Assembly: GCA_951406725.2 (NCBI GenBank)
Contig: OX597818.1
Location: forward strand, 75,826,001 to 75,890,000
Length of the DNA stretch: 64,000 nt
Source of the DNA: Octopus vulgaris
Taxonomy: Eukaryota
Direction of reading: 5' to 3'
Shown: positions 1-12,899 of the stretch, piece after piece
Position numbering within the stretch: the first letter of the stretch is position 1
Layout: every line of letters starts with the position of its first letter
Notes under the pieces: generated by a model
Told to the model about the DNA's origin: nothing
The model's database searches: none
What the model saw: the letters and a program-made list of their open reading frames with translations, nothing else
Made by a program: the position numbers and the translations under genes

Positions 1-999
1 CAATATTAGTTTCAACACACAATTTCAGATCAAAACTCTTGCTAAACAAATTAAAAATTAATTTATGGAGAAATTTCCATTCAGTTCAAAGCAGACAGTT
101 GTCTTTGTATTCCTTATTCAATCAACTATGGAACATTAATTCCTTCACCATTTTCACTTTTTGGTATGCTAGTTTACACTGTACAGAATTCAAAGAGAAG
201 AACTTATGCTAAATCAGTCCTGTATCTAAACTATCAGAAAGTTTTAAAATAACATTGGAGTAAACATTTTCTATGCAAATGATACTAAAAAGTGCTTGAG
301 GAAAAGTAATGGATACTAGAGAATACTAAACCATTTACAAATAGAAATACTGGATATTGGAGAAGATTAAACTATTTAATAATCCTGAGGTTAAATCTTA
401 GCAAAAGTAACACTATTTGAATTTTAAATCAATTTGAATTAAATTAAATAAGTAGCAATATGTTAACAGGAAAAGTCAACAGTCGAACCTTTTAATCCTT
501 TGAACTCAAAAGTATGCTTTAGCAGGTACAATTTGAAGATAGAAAAACAGGCAGCCATATGATTTTGTATTTACAGCTGAAAATAATGATGTTTATGACA
601 ATTAGCACACAAAATTAAGAGGCTGCCAACTTTTGCATCTTCTAGGAGCACAGTGAAACAAAATTGCACCCACTGAAGCATACTTGTGGGTTCAATGTGT
701 TTAAAATGTTTTGAATTATGGGGATGACTCAAATATTAACATAGCTACCTACATGGCAACACTTGTGTATAACATTTAATGAGTTTAATCTGCCTTTTAC
801 TTGTTTTGGTTATTAGAGAAGTCATGCTGGGACACCACCTTGAGTGATTTAGACAAACAAATTGACTGCAGCATGATTTTTTCTAGGCCTATTGATCTCT
901 TTTTACTGAACTGCTATGTTTACAGGGACATTAACAAACAACTGTCAAGAAGTGGTCAGGAACAAACAACACACACACATACATACATAAGGGAAAAAA

Positions 1000-1250
1000 G
1001 TAAGAAAATAAAAAGCTTCTGACAATGCAGAAAGTTTTACAAAACCTTTATATTTCAGGTGCAAAGGCCCATCATCAGAAGAAAAACAGCCAGGGAAATG
1101 TCCAGTTATGCAGGTTCTGTTAAACCATTCTGTTAACCTGCATGACTGGACATTTACTCAACTGCTTTTCTTCTGAAGATAGGTTTTTGCATCTGAAATA
1201 TGAAGGTTTCGTAAAACTTTCTGCATTGTCAGAAGTTTTCTATTTTCTCT
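1000..1250. repeat. ~250 bp near-palindrome, probably a Penelope-like terminal repeat pair
   Basis: Arms ~1000-1116 and ~1135-1250 are reverse complements (cttctgacaatgcagaaagttttac / gtaaaactttctgcattgtcagaag). Each arm carries a CTGAnGA...GAAA motif. Confidence 0.8.
1045..1082 (-). ncRNA. Minimal type I hammerhead ribozyme motif, canonical core
   Basis: Minus strand reads TCTT-CTGATGA-T-GGG(cctttgca)CCT-GAAA-TA-TA-AAGG. The mirror copy at ~1169-1206 (+) has G at the cleavage position. Confidence 0.6.
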
Positions 1251-3259
1251 TTTTTCCCTTCTTTGATATTACAATGCTTCAAGTAATCTACAACACGTAT
1301 ATATATGACAGGATTTTTGCAGTAGACCAAATTCACTCACAAGGCTTTGCTTAGTTGAAGCTATAGTAGAAGATACCTGCCAATGGTACCATGCTATGGG
1401 AAGTAAACTTCTTACCATACAGCCATACCTGCACCTGAAAAAGTATTCACAATGTCCCTGGGTGGACGTTTATGTAAGAAATCTAGAGATGTTAGTATTA
1501 TTCAGTACACAACCTAACTTGCCTCATACCACAACTAAATATATAAAAGACTATCAAGTTACACCAATATATACCTACTAATATAGAGAAAACTATTTTG
1601 GTGATTTCTCTATTAACATAGATCAATATTGACTAAGCGGTGGGTTAGTGGAAGGCATGGCATTTATTGATATCTCTTTTGTGTTGTTCTGAGTTCAAAT
1701 TCAGCAAAGATCAATTTATCAGATAACTAGACACCTATATAGTCATATATATGTATATAAACACACACATACATGAAGATATTCATACACACACAGACAA
1801 CTACATAGACATAATTGTGCTCAAGAAGTTTGGTTCCAAACTACTGGGTTTCAAGTTCAATTCTACTAATGTAAAATTTATTTCATTATCTCATTAAAAA
1901 AAGGAGGTACCAAAAATTTCATGGCTAATTTTTATTTTATTTTATGTTTTTTGATGGTGTAAGAAATTTGATTTTTATTAGTAGGAGAACAACTTTTATA
2001 ATCCCATGGTTACAAAGAGTTTAAGTAAATTGGATAGACTAAACTCCAAATATCCTTGGCAGCTAGTTCAATTAATAAATTACTGGTGCATTAAAAATGT
2101 TTTATTTCAGTGCAACATACACTGTTTGCATAGGTCAAATGAGATTTGTTAAGGCAGAATTTCTGCAGCAGGATGCTCTTCTTGTCACCAAACCTCACCT
2201 GTTTCCAAGCAAGATGATATTTTCTCTTAGTCAGGATATGTTTTCATGAAGATTACAAACAAATGTCAGCACTTGTATGACAGTGACACTTGTCTCAAAC
2301 ACACACACACACACACACGACAGGTTCACTCACATAGTTTTGGTTGCTCTGGGGCTATAGTAGAAGGCATTTAACCAAGAGGTAATGCAATGGGACTGTG
2401 CCTGACACCATGTGGTTACAAAGTGAACTTAATCATACAGCACTTATGGAATATATGCCTGCACTTATGGAATATATCTATAAATTTTAGCCAACACTAC
2501 ATTTAGTATTTATTAATAGTAGACTTACAAGTCACAGGCGATTAAAGAAGATCTTCCAATAAGGAGCAAAGGGGTTGGGGGTCATACAAATTTCCTTTAA
2601 CAACAAAAAACACATTCATTAGATACATCAAGAAACTGTTATCAAACTCTCCTACAAACATGAACATTAAGGTTGATACAAATACTAGCCCTCACCATAA
2701 CTGAAGATCTCTCCTGACAAACATCCACAACATTATTTAAACTTAGGACACTGTCTAAATAAAAGATGTGTTAATTTCAGCTGGAACAACTTTGATCATA
2801 GATCTGTTGGATCAGTGCTGAACAACAGTTTTTCTGACAGGAAGTAAACATATGCATCCTAGTCATGTTTGTATGAAAAAAACAGATTCAAAATAGTCTC
2901 AGAAAGAAATAAATAGAAACTCACAATAAAGAAATTGAAACAATATTGTAATTAAGTTACTTAATAAGAGCTGAATTAGTAGCCCAGAAATGAAAATATT
3001 ACTACTGAATTAGTAGTCCAGAAATAAAAATACAGTCTCCTTCTAAGTGACAGAAATAATTAAAAGACTGTAATGCTGTTTTAATAAACTATAAAACTAA
3101 ATGCTGCAACTGTGTTTATTAAATGTACTTGCCAACTTGCTTCAGCATGTATTGCAATTAATTGAAATAGCAACAATAGGATATAGGAGAGAATATTACA
3201 GAGCACACGGGAGAAGAGCTGAATGACTTGAAATTAGAATCAATAAAGGATTTGAGATT

Positions 3260-3855
3260 TATATGAGGTTCTTTGTTGATGTTATTAAAGAGAAATTAAT
3301 CCAGTGGTGACTACTGAGAGTAATCTCTTATCCAATGTGTAGGAAACAAGTTTAAACATATATCATTGTAGCTCACAATTTTTCATTCTTTTTAAAATTC
3401 TAATACACAAATCTATTCATTCTTTATGTAATATAAAAATCTTTGACAACAGAAGATAATTAACTTAATTAAATGCTAATAGAGAGGAAAATTTAAAAAC
3501 ACAATCTCTAAAGCAATTACTATGATGTTATATTTACCTCTAAATATATATATAAACTATATGAGGTTCTTTGTTGATGTTATTAAAGAGAAATTAATCC
3601 AGTGGTGACTACTGAGAGTAATCTCTTATCCAATGTGTAGGAAACAAGTTTAAACATATATCATTGTAGCTCACAATTTTTCATTCTTTTTAAAATTCTA
3701 ATACACAAATCTATTCATTCTTTATGTAATATAAAAATCTTTGACAACAGAAGATAATTAACTTAATTAAATGCTAATAGAGAGGAAAATTTAAAAACAC
3801 AATCTCTAAAGCAATTACTATGATGTTATATTTACCTCTAAATATATATATAAAC
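3260..3855. repeat. Tandem duplication of a 298 bp unit
   Basis: 3260-3557 and 3558-3855 look identical by eye (tatatgaggttctttg...tatataaac). Confidence 0.92.
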
Positions 3856-4375
3856 TAAATTTCCATGCCAACAAGGGAGACCTTTTACAATCATTTGACC
3901 TTTTAGAAATAGCAGCCAGAACGTTCAGAAAATACACCCAATTTCAACATCTTAAAAAAGAAGGAAGCTGAAGAAGTTTGTGTATTTTCCAAAGTAAAAA
4001 AGATTCAAGTTGAAATTTCATTTAATAAATTAGGCAACTTGGTTCATTGACAACACCAGTCACTTCTCGCTTTCATAATTAGTTCTAACAGAGGCACATG
4101 GTCACAAATTTAGAGGTAAGTGTTAGTCAGTAAGACTCAAATATAGGAAAAACTGAAACTCTAAAAAATACAATCACTAAAGAAAACCAAACAATAGAAG
4201 CTATTCATTTAAATGCTAACCTAGACGGATCTACAGGATCATAAAATACTGATTATATATATATATATGAAACAAGTAAATATATCTAATAAATATACAC
4301 ACATATATAAATATATATATAAAAATATACTGAAACAAGTAAATATATCTAATAAATATATATATAAATATATAT

Positions 4376-4640
4376 GTGGATGAATTTGCAAAGTTAGTGA
4401 TGAACATGTGTACAATGCTGACGAGACTGCCTTGTTTTGGAGATGTATGCCAAAAAGAACTCTGACAACTAAGAATGCAGAATCACCATCCGGGTTCAAA
4501 GTTTTGAAGGATCGCGTCCTGGTAATGTGCTGCACTAATGCTGTGAGTACCCATAGATGTAAGTTGCTTGTTATCGGGAAAAGTTTACATCTGAGGACCT
4601 TCAAAGGAATGACAGAGTTTCCTATCCATTTCCATGATCT
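4376..4640 (+). mobile_element. Tigger/Jerky (pogo-family) DDE transposase fragment
   Basis: Translation YNADETALFWRCMPKRTL...KDRVLVMCCTNA...KLLVIGKS matches the DDE_1 region of Tigger/Jerky transposases. Confidence 0.85.
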
Positions 4641-5642
4641 CAGGTTTAGTCCCATTGCATGGGAACTTGGACAAGTGTCTTTCACCTTCTACTACAGCCA
4701 TAGGCTGAGCAAAGCTTTGCGAGTGGATTTGGTAGACAGAAACTGAAAGCCTCGGGCACACACACATGTGTGTGTGGACCCTTATCTTTGCATCATGTGA
4801 TGGCTGGAAATGAGTATCACCATTGTACAAGCAATGTCCTTTTCTAGTCTTCTGTGAAAAACATGTCTAGCAACAGGAAATATTACATTACTTGGAAACA
4901 AATGAGGGTTGATGACAACAATGGCATCCAGTCATAGAAAATTTGCCTCAATATACTCCACCTAACCCATGCAAGCATGAAAAAGTGGATGCTAAATGAT
5001 GATGATGATAATATATATATTATGTAAAATCTAAAAGGAAAGTGGGAAGGCAGTTCCTACAACCCTTTACAAGGCTTCCAAGACTGCAGGAAGTGAGGAA
5101 GACCTCCTCAAATTAGGGACCTAGTCCAAATGCTTGCAATAGGACACTTAAGATGCCAAGTGGTGGTGTTAAACTTGGTGATAAAATAAATCTACCACCC
5201 AAATAGGTTATGGCAGGATTTGAACTCAGAACTCAAAAGCCAGAGGAAATACCACAATTCATTCAATTCAACATTCTTATAGTTTCACCAATCCACTACT
5301 CTGAATTGGTACTGTGCTCTGAATTCAGAACACAGCAAATAAGAATTCTTTCTTTCTTTGTATGTATGTATGTCATTATTCAGTTTATTTCAAAATTTCT
5401 TACCAATAGAGGAAGAACTAGTTTCTAACCTAGATGCAAGGCTCCTTCATTGGAATTTCAACATCAACAACAGAGTATGTATGTATGCCTGCATGCATAT
5501 GCAGTTGTATATAGATGGTTGAAGATGGGATGTACACATTTGATATGCTTCTTTATTTATGTTGCTGACGATGAACCTTTTGTATCTGGTATTCTCATAG
5601 TTCCTAAGTTGTCCTTTACTGAGATCCTAGTTCTCGTCAGAT

Positions 5643-5873
5643 TAAACCCTTTAGCAATTAAACTGGCCATATCCTGCCCAAATGTTCTATTTTTTTTTAA
5701 TGTTAAAACTCTCCAGATCCAAGCATCTCACATCTACCCTACAATATCATTCTAAAAATACACAGTCACAGCATTGAAATCACAAGACTACAAGATAATG
5801 CATGATTAATTCAAAATAATGTGAATAAATAGATATTAAATTTGAGGAAGTAATCTAAATACTAAAGGGTTAA
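5643..5873. mobile_element. Short MITE with CCCT...AGGG ends next to TTAA (piggyBac-like)
   Basis: ttaaaccctttagca ... ctaaagggttaa. A related partial copy ends in aaagggttaa at ~48834. Confidence 0.55.
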
Positions 5874-6789
5874 ATTTATTCAGAGAATCTTGGCTTCTTG
5901 GTCTAATCGAATTTTGATCTACATATTATATATTGTATGATTGTCCCACATTGTGAGGGAGGCACTTGTATAGGTGTTTATAGTTTGTTGAAGTTTTGCT
6001 GCATATGTAAAAGAAAATTGTGCATAAAGATTATTGCTTAACAAGGAGAGATTAATAGATAAAGTATAATTTTTGTTCTTTGTGACCAGTGATGGTTTCA
6101 AGTACAGTTCTGCAAGATAACAAATATCTATTTATTTTTTCTTACACCAATACTCCATACATTTGCAGCAATTAAGCTGTGATCCACTTCATGGTACACA
6201 TTTACAGCTAAGTGTCCCCTGTCAAACCAGATAGCATCTGTGTCGGTGATAAGACACAAAACATTAACCCTGCTGACAGAGAGGAAGTCAATACACTACT
6301 AGATCAGTCAATCAATGATAAGAAACTATATTTAGACATGATCAAAACCAGGAAAATAACTTTATTTCATTGATTTGCTTCTGTCCCCAGAAATTATTAA
6401 CAGTTTGCTACTGGGCTAGATTAAGACTCAATAATCAATAAACAGAGTGAGTTGTATAGTGACACATATTGATTTCTGAAATAAATACAAAGTCATAAAT
6501 TTTAGAGGAGTATGATCGATGAAACCAAACTAGTATTTGACTGGTACTAATATCAATTTGATGGGATTTAAGTTCACAACATAAAGGGACATAACTAAAT
6601 ATGGCAAAACTAGTCCTCTGCTGCATCTTCATTACCACTATTCGTGAAGTGAAACATAGATTAAAAGGTTCAAGACTCAAATTTGCTAATAAATTTTACA
6701 ATATGAAATGATAAATCTTGATGATTTATTTGAATAAAAAATAAAAAAAGAGAGCTCTAAGTGGAAAAGTCACCAGAGTTTTTAAACTA

Positions 6790-7357
6790 TTTATTCATCT
6801 GACTGTGACCATGATGGAACACCACATTAAAGGGATTTTAGTCAAAGAAATTGACACCAGAATTAATTCTTTGTAAGCCTAATACTTATTCTATCAGTGT
6901 CTTTTGTTGAACTGCTAAGTTATGGGGACATAAACATACCAACATAAGTAGTCAAGCAATGGTGGGGAGACAAACAGATATACTCAAATATATACATATA
7001 CATATATAGGGAGAGTTTACGAAAAAAAAACAAAAGACGAAGACAGGTGGTGTACAAAACAAACAGATGTATTAGTATAACACTCAGGAATAGAAAAAGT
7101 ATTTTATGCTTCGAGCCTATGCTCTTCTACAGAAAGGGACACAGAAAAAACAAGGAGAGAAAAAAATGTGTGTAGTGGCTAACGATATATATATATACAC
7201 ACACACACATACACACATATACATATTCGACAGGCTTCTTTCAGTTTCCATCTACTAAACCTACTCACAAGGCTTTGGGTGGCCCATGGCTATAGTAGAA
7301 AACACTTGCCCAAGATTGGGAAGCAAGCTTCTTACCATGCAACCATGCTTGCACCTA
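6790..7357 (-). mobile_element. tRNA-derived SINE interrupted by a Penelope-type fragment
   Basis: Reverse complement of the 40421-40808 family, with an insert at ~7008-7185. Confidence 0.8.
7101..7136 (-). ncRNA. Decayed hammerhead-like motif (A6U family) in a Penelope-type end fragment (7008-7185)
   Basis: Minus strand CTTT-CTGTAGA-A-GAGC(atag)GCTC-GAAG-CA-TA-AAAT. Paralogous to 15735-15770. Confidence 0.45.
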
Positions 7358-7966
7358 TCTTCAGTAAATTAAAATATTTGAGCTATTTCAACACATCTTT
7401 GACATTTCCTTGATTAAAGTGTTTTGAACTAGGCAATAGATACTCCTTTCTCATATTTCATTGCAAGGAAAAATTTCCATAAGATGGCCATCATTCTAAC
7501 TGCAGTCATCAAGTGGAATATACCCATGAGTGTGTATGTGTGTGTATTACCACTGTTTTAATGCCCTCTTTTCCATGCTTGCATGAGTAACATAAAATTT
7601 GTTGAGGCAGGTCTATGGCCAGATGTCCTACCTCTCACCAACTCTCACCTATTTTTGAGGTCATATTTCCCCCATAACCAGACAGTTTGAACAACAACAA
7701 CAACACTTATATGATGGTGATACTCATTTACAACCACCATGTGATGTCTGGATAAAGGTATACACAATCACACAAAAACATATTTTCAATTTCTATCTAT
7801 CAAATCCACTCAAAAGGCTTTGTTTGGGCCATGGCTAAAGTAGAAGACACTTGCTCAAAGCGTCATACAGTGAAACTGAACTTAAAACCACATGATTGGG
7901 AAGCAAGCTTCCTAACCACACAGCCACACTTGTTCCATCAAACACACACATATATGTATTCATATA

Positions 7967-10350
7967 TCAGGTCATTAAGAATGAAATGTCCGATTTTCTT
8001 ATGCTCCAAGTTTGATAGTCGTTAACTCTAATGTTTTATCCTGACAATTCTTTGTTTTACAACACTTTTCGAAATGCGATTCATGGTATCTAATTATATT
8101 GTGAGTTTTCTCTTATAAATCAATTTTTGTGAACTCCAGGATATATAAAAAATTCATGTTGTTCCTAATTATGAGTTTTGTCATAGAACCAATGCATCCC
8201 AGACAGCTTGAAACATCAATGAGGTGTTTGGTGAAGATTTGGCAAATGAGTGCACTTTATGTTAATGGTTTGAGAAAGTCTGGTGACTTTACTCTTGAAA
8301 ATCAGCCCTTAGACCAAGGTGGATAATGATGAGCTGAAACTGTAGTGGAAGCAATACATCTCAAACTACACATGAGTTAGCAGCAAGGTTTGATGTTTCG
8401 ATTTCAACTGCATTGGACTATCTGAAACAAATCGGCAAGGAAAAGAAGCTGGACAAGTGGGTATCACACAAACTGAATGAGCATCAAATGATGCGTCACC
8501 TTGAAACTTGCTGTTCTTTGCTGTCACAGCATAAAAGCGAACCATTTTTGCATCATATTGTTATGTGTAAAGAAAAATAGATTCTTTTCAACAATAGCAA
8601 GCATTCTGCACGGTGGTTGAATAGATACAAAATGCTGAAACACAATCCAAAAAAGAATATTCTCCAAAAAAAGCTAATCGTATCTGTTTGGTGGTCCAGC
8701 ATTGGTGTCATCCACACAGCTTCATGAAACTTGGTAAGTCAATTACAGTGGATATATACATCAACCAATTGGATGAAATGATGAGTTAACTTGCAATTAA
8801 AGAACTGAGATTGGTCAATAGAGACAGGCCAATTCTCTTGCAAGACAATGCTCAACCACATGTTGCACAAAGAATGCTACTTGAGTAATAGGAACTGAAC
8901 TTGGAAGTACACTGTCATCTCTCTCTATATAAACGGCAGTTTGTCTGTCTGTCTGTCAGGTTGTACCCTCACCCTGACCATGGTTTTCAACCGATTCTGA
9001 TGAAACTTGACACACACATAGCCCAATGTCATAATTCAAAACTAACGCAGCGAAAATTTTGAAAAGTTCCCCCAGTTCTGAAAAAAATCGATAAATTCGA
9101 CATGGGGTCGAGAATCTAAGCTTTTTATATGCAACACATTTTCTGTTGTAATTTTCGCAACTTGCAATCGATTTTCACCAAACTCATGGTGAAGCTTAAT
9201 GTTACCCTAAGAAACTTAATTCTGACGTTAGTTTTCCATGCAATACCTTACCATCAGAAAAATCGATAAAATCATGCCATTTTGGGAAATCGCGTTCAAA
9301 TTCAAGATGACATATTTTTGACAATATCTTTCACAAATTGGCAGGAATTTTTTTTAATTCACAGCGAGCATCATGTCTGCTCCAAGGAGCTATATGGCCC
9401 TTTTTATTCCAATAGGGTACTTTATTACTGGAAAAAATCGGTTAATTAAATCATATGAGGCACATATAGCAAACCGATTGGTGTATTAAACACAAACCAC
9501 AGACTGTCTAGGGGACGCAACTCGACCTTTTTAACTCTCGGAACACGTGGGGTAAGTATCCCAAAATGTATAAAAATGTACAAAAACGGCAAAAAAGCGG
9601 GCAGCAATGTGAATGACAACGAAAAAGTCAAAAGTGACCAAACTGAACAAACGAATGGAAAAGGTTTTTTGGTGCACACGACAAAAGCGATTTATAATAA
9701 ACCAAGAGTTTGCAAGTAGCATCCGAGGACCCTTAGGGTACGTCAAAAATTTAAGGTAAAACGTTTGGGGTGGTAGTTATAAAGAAAGTTTAAACAGAAA
9801 AAGTATTCGAATAACTTGCAGCTGCAGCAGCTATTAGCAGAAGTGTGTTGGGGGTAAAGTCTCGAATGTAATTTCTTCCTAGTAGGAATTGGTTGGGTTG
9901 AATTATCGATAGCTGTTTGATAGTTATTTGGGAGTGAAGAGAAGACATTGCAACCTACACATGCGTCTTCGTTCCCTAGAGGGAAAGGACTAGATTGGGA
10001 TTAGTCGTTGCCTACTAGGCTCTTACATACCCGGGCAACGCCGGGCTATGCTGCTAGTCCACCATATTCACCAGACCTTGCACCAACTGGTTATCACATT
10101 TTCCAGGCATTAGACAACTTTTTGCAAAGAAAAACCTTTTAATCTGAAGAATCAAAAGCAGCTTTTCCTGATTCCATCACCTCTTGCTCTCCAGAATTCT
10201 TCGCTGACAGCTTAAATAAGCTACCGATAAAATGGCAAAATTGTGTTGATAATTTAAGTGCATATTTTGATTAACTGCATTGCTTTTTGTTGAGATAAAG
10301 TAAAATAAACTTTCAATTCAAAATCAGACATTTCATTCTTAAAGACCTGA
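7967..10350 (+). mobile_element. Full-length but degenerate mariner transposon, interrupted by a Helitron
   Basis: 31 bp TIRs (tcaggtcattaagaatgaaatgtccgatttt / aaaatcagacatttcattcttaaagacctga, 2 mismatches) flanked by TA. Transposase remnants WVSHKL, LQDNAQPH and HPPYSPDLAP with stops and frameshifts. Confidence 0.93.
8918..10057 (+). mobile_element. Non-autonomous Helitron
   Basis: 5' TC(tctctctatataaacggcag), 3' hairpin cccgggcaacgccggg then CTAG, inserted between A and T with no TSD. Removing it restores the mariner His codon of HPPYSPDL. Confidence 0.92.
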
Positions 10351-10367
10351 TATATTTTGTCTTATAT

Positions 10368-10720
10368 CTTTAACTTGATTCAATCACTGGAAGACTTTTT
10401 AGTTAAATGAATTCATTCCAGTATTTATTCTACCAGTCTCTTTTGCTGAACCACTAAGTCATGGAAATGGAAACTAACCAACACCAGTTGTCAAGCAATA
10501 TGGGGGGGGGGGGACAATGTAACACATACATAGATCTATATATGTATATAAATTGGGCTTCTTTCAGGTTTCTACTTATCAAATCCACTCACAAGGCTTT
10601 GATTGACCCAGGGTTAAAGTAGCTGAGAAGGCACTTGCTAAAGGTGCCACTCAGTAAGATTAATCCTGGAACCATGTGATTGGATAGCAAACTTCTTACC
10701 ATACAATTACACTTTCGCCT
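10368..10720 (-). mobile_element. tRNA-derived SINE
   Basis: Reverse complement of the 40421-40808 family (aaatccactcacaaggctt...cttcttaccatac). Confidence 0.75.
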
Positions 10721-12899
10721 ATGCATGTATGTGTGTGTATGACGGAGCAAACAGAACTAAATACATGAGTATACAATAAAAAGTTACAAAAGTAATTATT
10801 GAAGGACCAAGATTTTCATGTAACTTTTGGGCTGATTACTACATAAATACATACACACGTTCATGTATTGAGTTCTATTTCTCCTATCTATTCCAGTGAC
10901 TCTGTCGAGTTGACTGATGAGCTTTATCTACCAACTTTAATACCATAATCCAGAGTGGAACAATATCCCATATCCTGTGTGTACATATGTACACACACAC
11001 ATATATGGCTGTCACATCTTACATACTTTGGTTTAAAATAGGGCATCACAAACTTGGTCTTTCTTTCTCTTCCTCTTCAAATGAATTGTATCTGTAGCTC
11101 ATGTATCATATTGATCCTATACAAGAACTACACTTAGGGTAGACAGCTTTAGAATGTTCACCCACTTACACTGTAATTCAGTTGATTGAACAACTGAATC
11201 CTTGCTGTTGAAGCTGACAGAGAATCAGTTATGTCAAGAAAATCCTTTCATTCTTACAAAATATCAAAACAGTTGTTCTAAAGAACATCTCCCTCTCACA
11301 CACATATTCCTTTTACCCCCCTCTCTCAAATACACCAAATTAAATCAGTCTAAATTGATTTTATGTAAATATCACACCCTAATTACCTTGAGCTGAAATT
11401 TAATCTGTCTCTTTACATTCTGATTTCAAATCTTGTCACAGTCAACTTTGTCTTTCATCCTTTCAGAGTTGATAAAATACCAGTCACATAATGGGTTGAT
11501 GGCATCAACTAATACCCTCTCTTTAAATTTGCTGGGCTACTGCTTAAATCAAGAAACCATTATCTTGGGTTAAAATAGAATTCATGCTAAAATATCAAGC
11601 TAAAAGTCTGGCAAGTTAAAACATAAAAAACAAGAAACCTGTGAGTCCAACATGTTTATTTCTGTGATCATCAACTGTGGTTACTGTCACATTATAACAG
11701 AGCAGAACACATCTATAAATAATATCTCTAAGACTATTAGAAGTTCTATAAGAGCAAGTGTTTAGCCCTGGCTTCATATCAAAAAGTAGATAGGAAATAA
11801 ACCCATTCCTGGATGGCATATCAACCTATTGCAAGTGACATTCCTAGAAAATCTCAGTACATTGGGATGGTGACGTAAAGTTAAATGTTGAATCCAGTGA
11901 CAATAAATTTGCCTGCAGTGGATTTGAACTAACTCTAAGTTGGCAATCCCATGCTTTACCTACTTTGCAACTTCACAGCCTATTTTCTTTTGAATACAAA
12001 TGCATATCATATATATTTTCAGTACATTATATATCAACAAATACAAGGGAGTGTATATGGCAGTGGCATAGCTAGGGTGTGCCATGCCTGAGATATCCCT
12101 TGAACAGACCATTCCAACCAGCTCCCAAGCTCCTATACAGGATTATACTGAAGACTCAAAAGTGCTTGGAAGGGGGGGGGGTTACCCCACCCTACCCCAC
12201 CAGCAACACTACTGATATATGGCCAATACATGAAGAATTGATGTAAATGCTTCAGTATTTCACTTTTGAGTTCAAATATTCTGCTGTGGAGAACATTGAT
12301 TTTAACCTCTAAAAACTGATAAAATATGTACTAGTAATACATTAGGTCTTTTCAATCAGCCCCCTCACACAAAGGAAATATTTGTGCCTAATTGTAAGAA
12401 ATTAATACAACTAATAAAAAATACTAAGAGTAGCACACCACACTCTTGTAAAAATTAACATAACACAACCTAGAGTGACACAGTGTTATGATTTCATTTA
12501 AGGCACTGCCATTCCTGAAGAGAAATCATTCTTCAGTGAGATGAAGGGAATAATAAACTATTTTTAGAATAGAGCTTTTCAAAGGATCAACAAAATGAGG
12601 GCAGATCTTTTAAACAACTATACAAGGATGACAGGAGGGGGCAGTGGGGAGGGGAGAATAGAAATTCTTTCTACCAAACTAACCAACAAGCAATATCAAT
12701 TAACATTCTAAATAAAGTGGATAAGTTTTGTGATATTTACCTCAACACTTATGATCACCACCCCTCACTTTTATGAATAGCTTCTCTTTCCCTTTTCACA
12801 AATATAGATGACAAGCATTGGGATATTCAGGCCATTCATAATGCACAAGCAAAACAACTTTTGTGGTATCAGCTGGCCAAGAAGGAAATCAGATAATAA

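Larger units (their letters stand above)
814..1437 (-). mobile_element. tRNA-derived SINE (degenerate) with a Penelope-type palindrome inserted in its central microsatellite
   Basis: Reverse-complement similarity to the intact SINE at 40421-40808: tail gtcatgctgggacaccacc at the left, head cttcttaccatacagccatacctgcacc at the right. Confidence 0.75.

Noticed and set aside
2529-2594. Minus-strand 66 nt exon candidate (aag|GAAATT...CTT|gtaagt) with an in-frame TGA
   Set aside because: All three frames contain stops, there is no recognisable selenoprotein motif or SECIS, and it could only be a non-coding exon.
6146-6272. Minus-strand exon-like frame VNVLCLITDTDAIWFDRGHLAVNVY... with an EndoG-like DRGHL motif and AG/GT ends
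   Set aside because: Similarity is limited to a few residues. The plus strand reads like a decayed LINE RT segment (REEVNTLLD...LYLDMIKTRKI), and no compatible neighbouring exons were found. RNA-seq would be needed.
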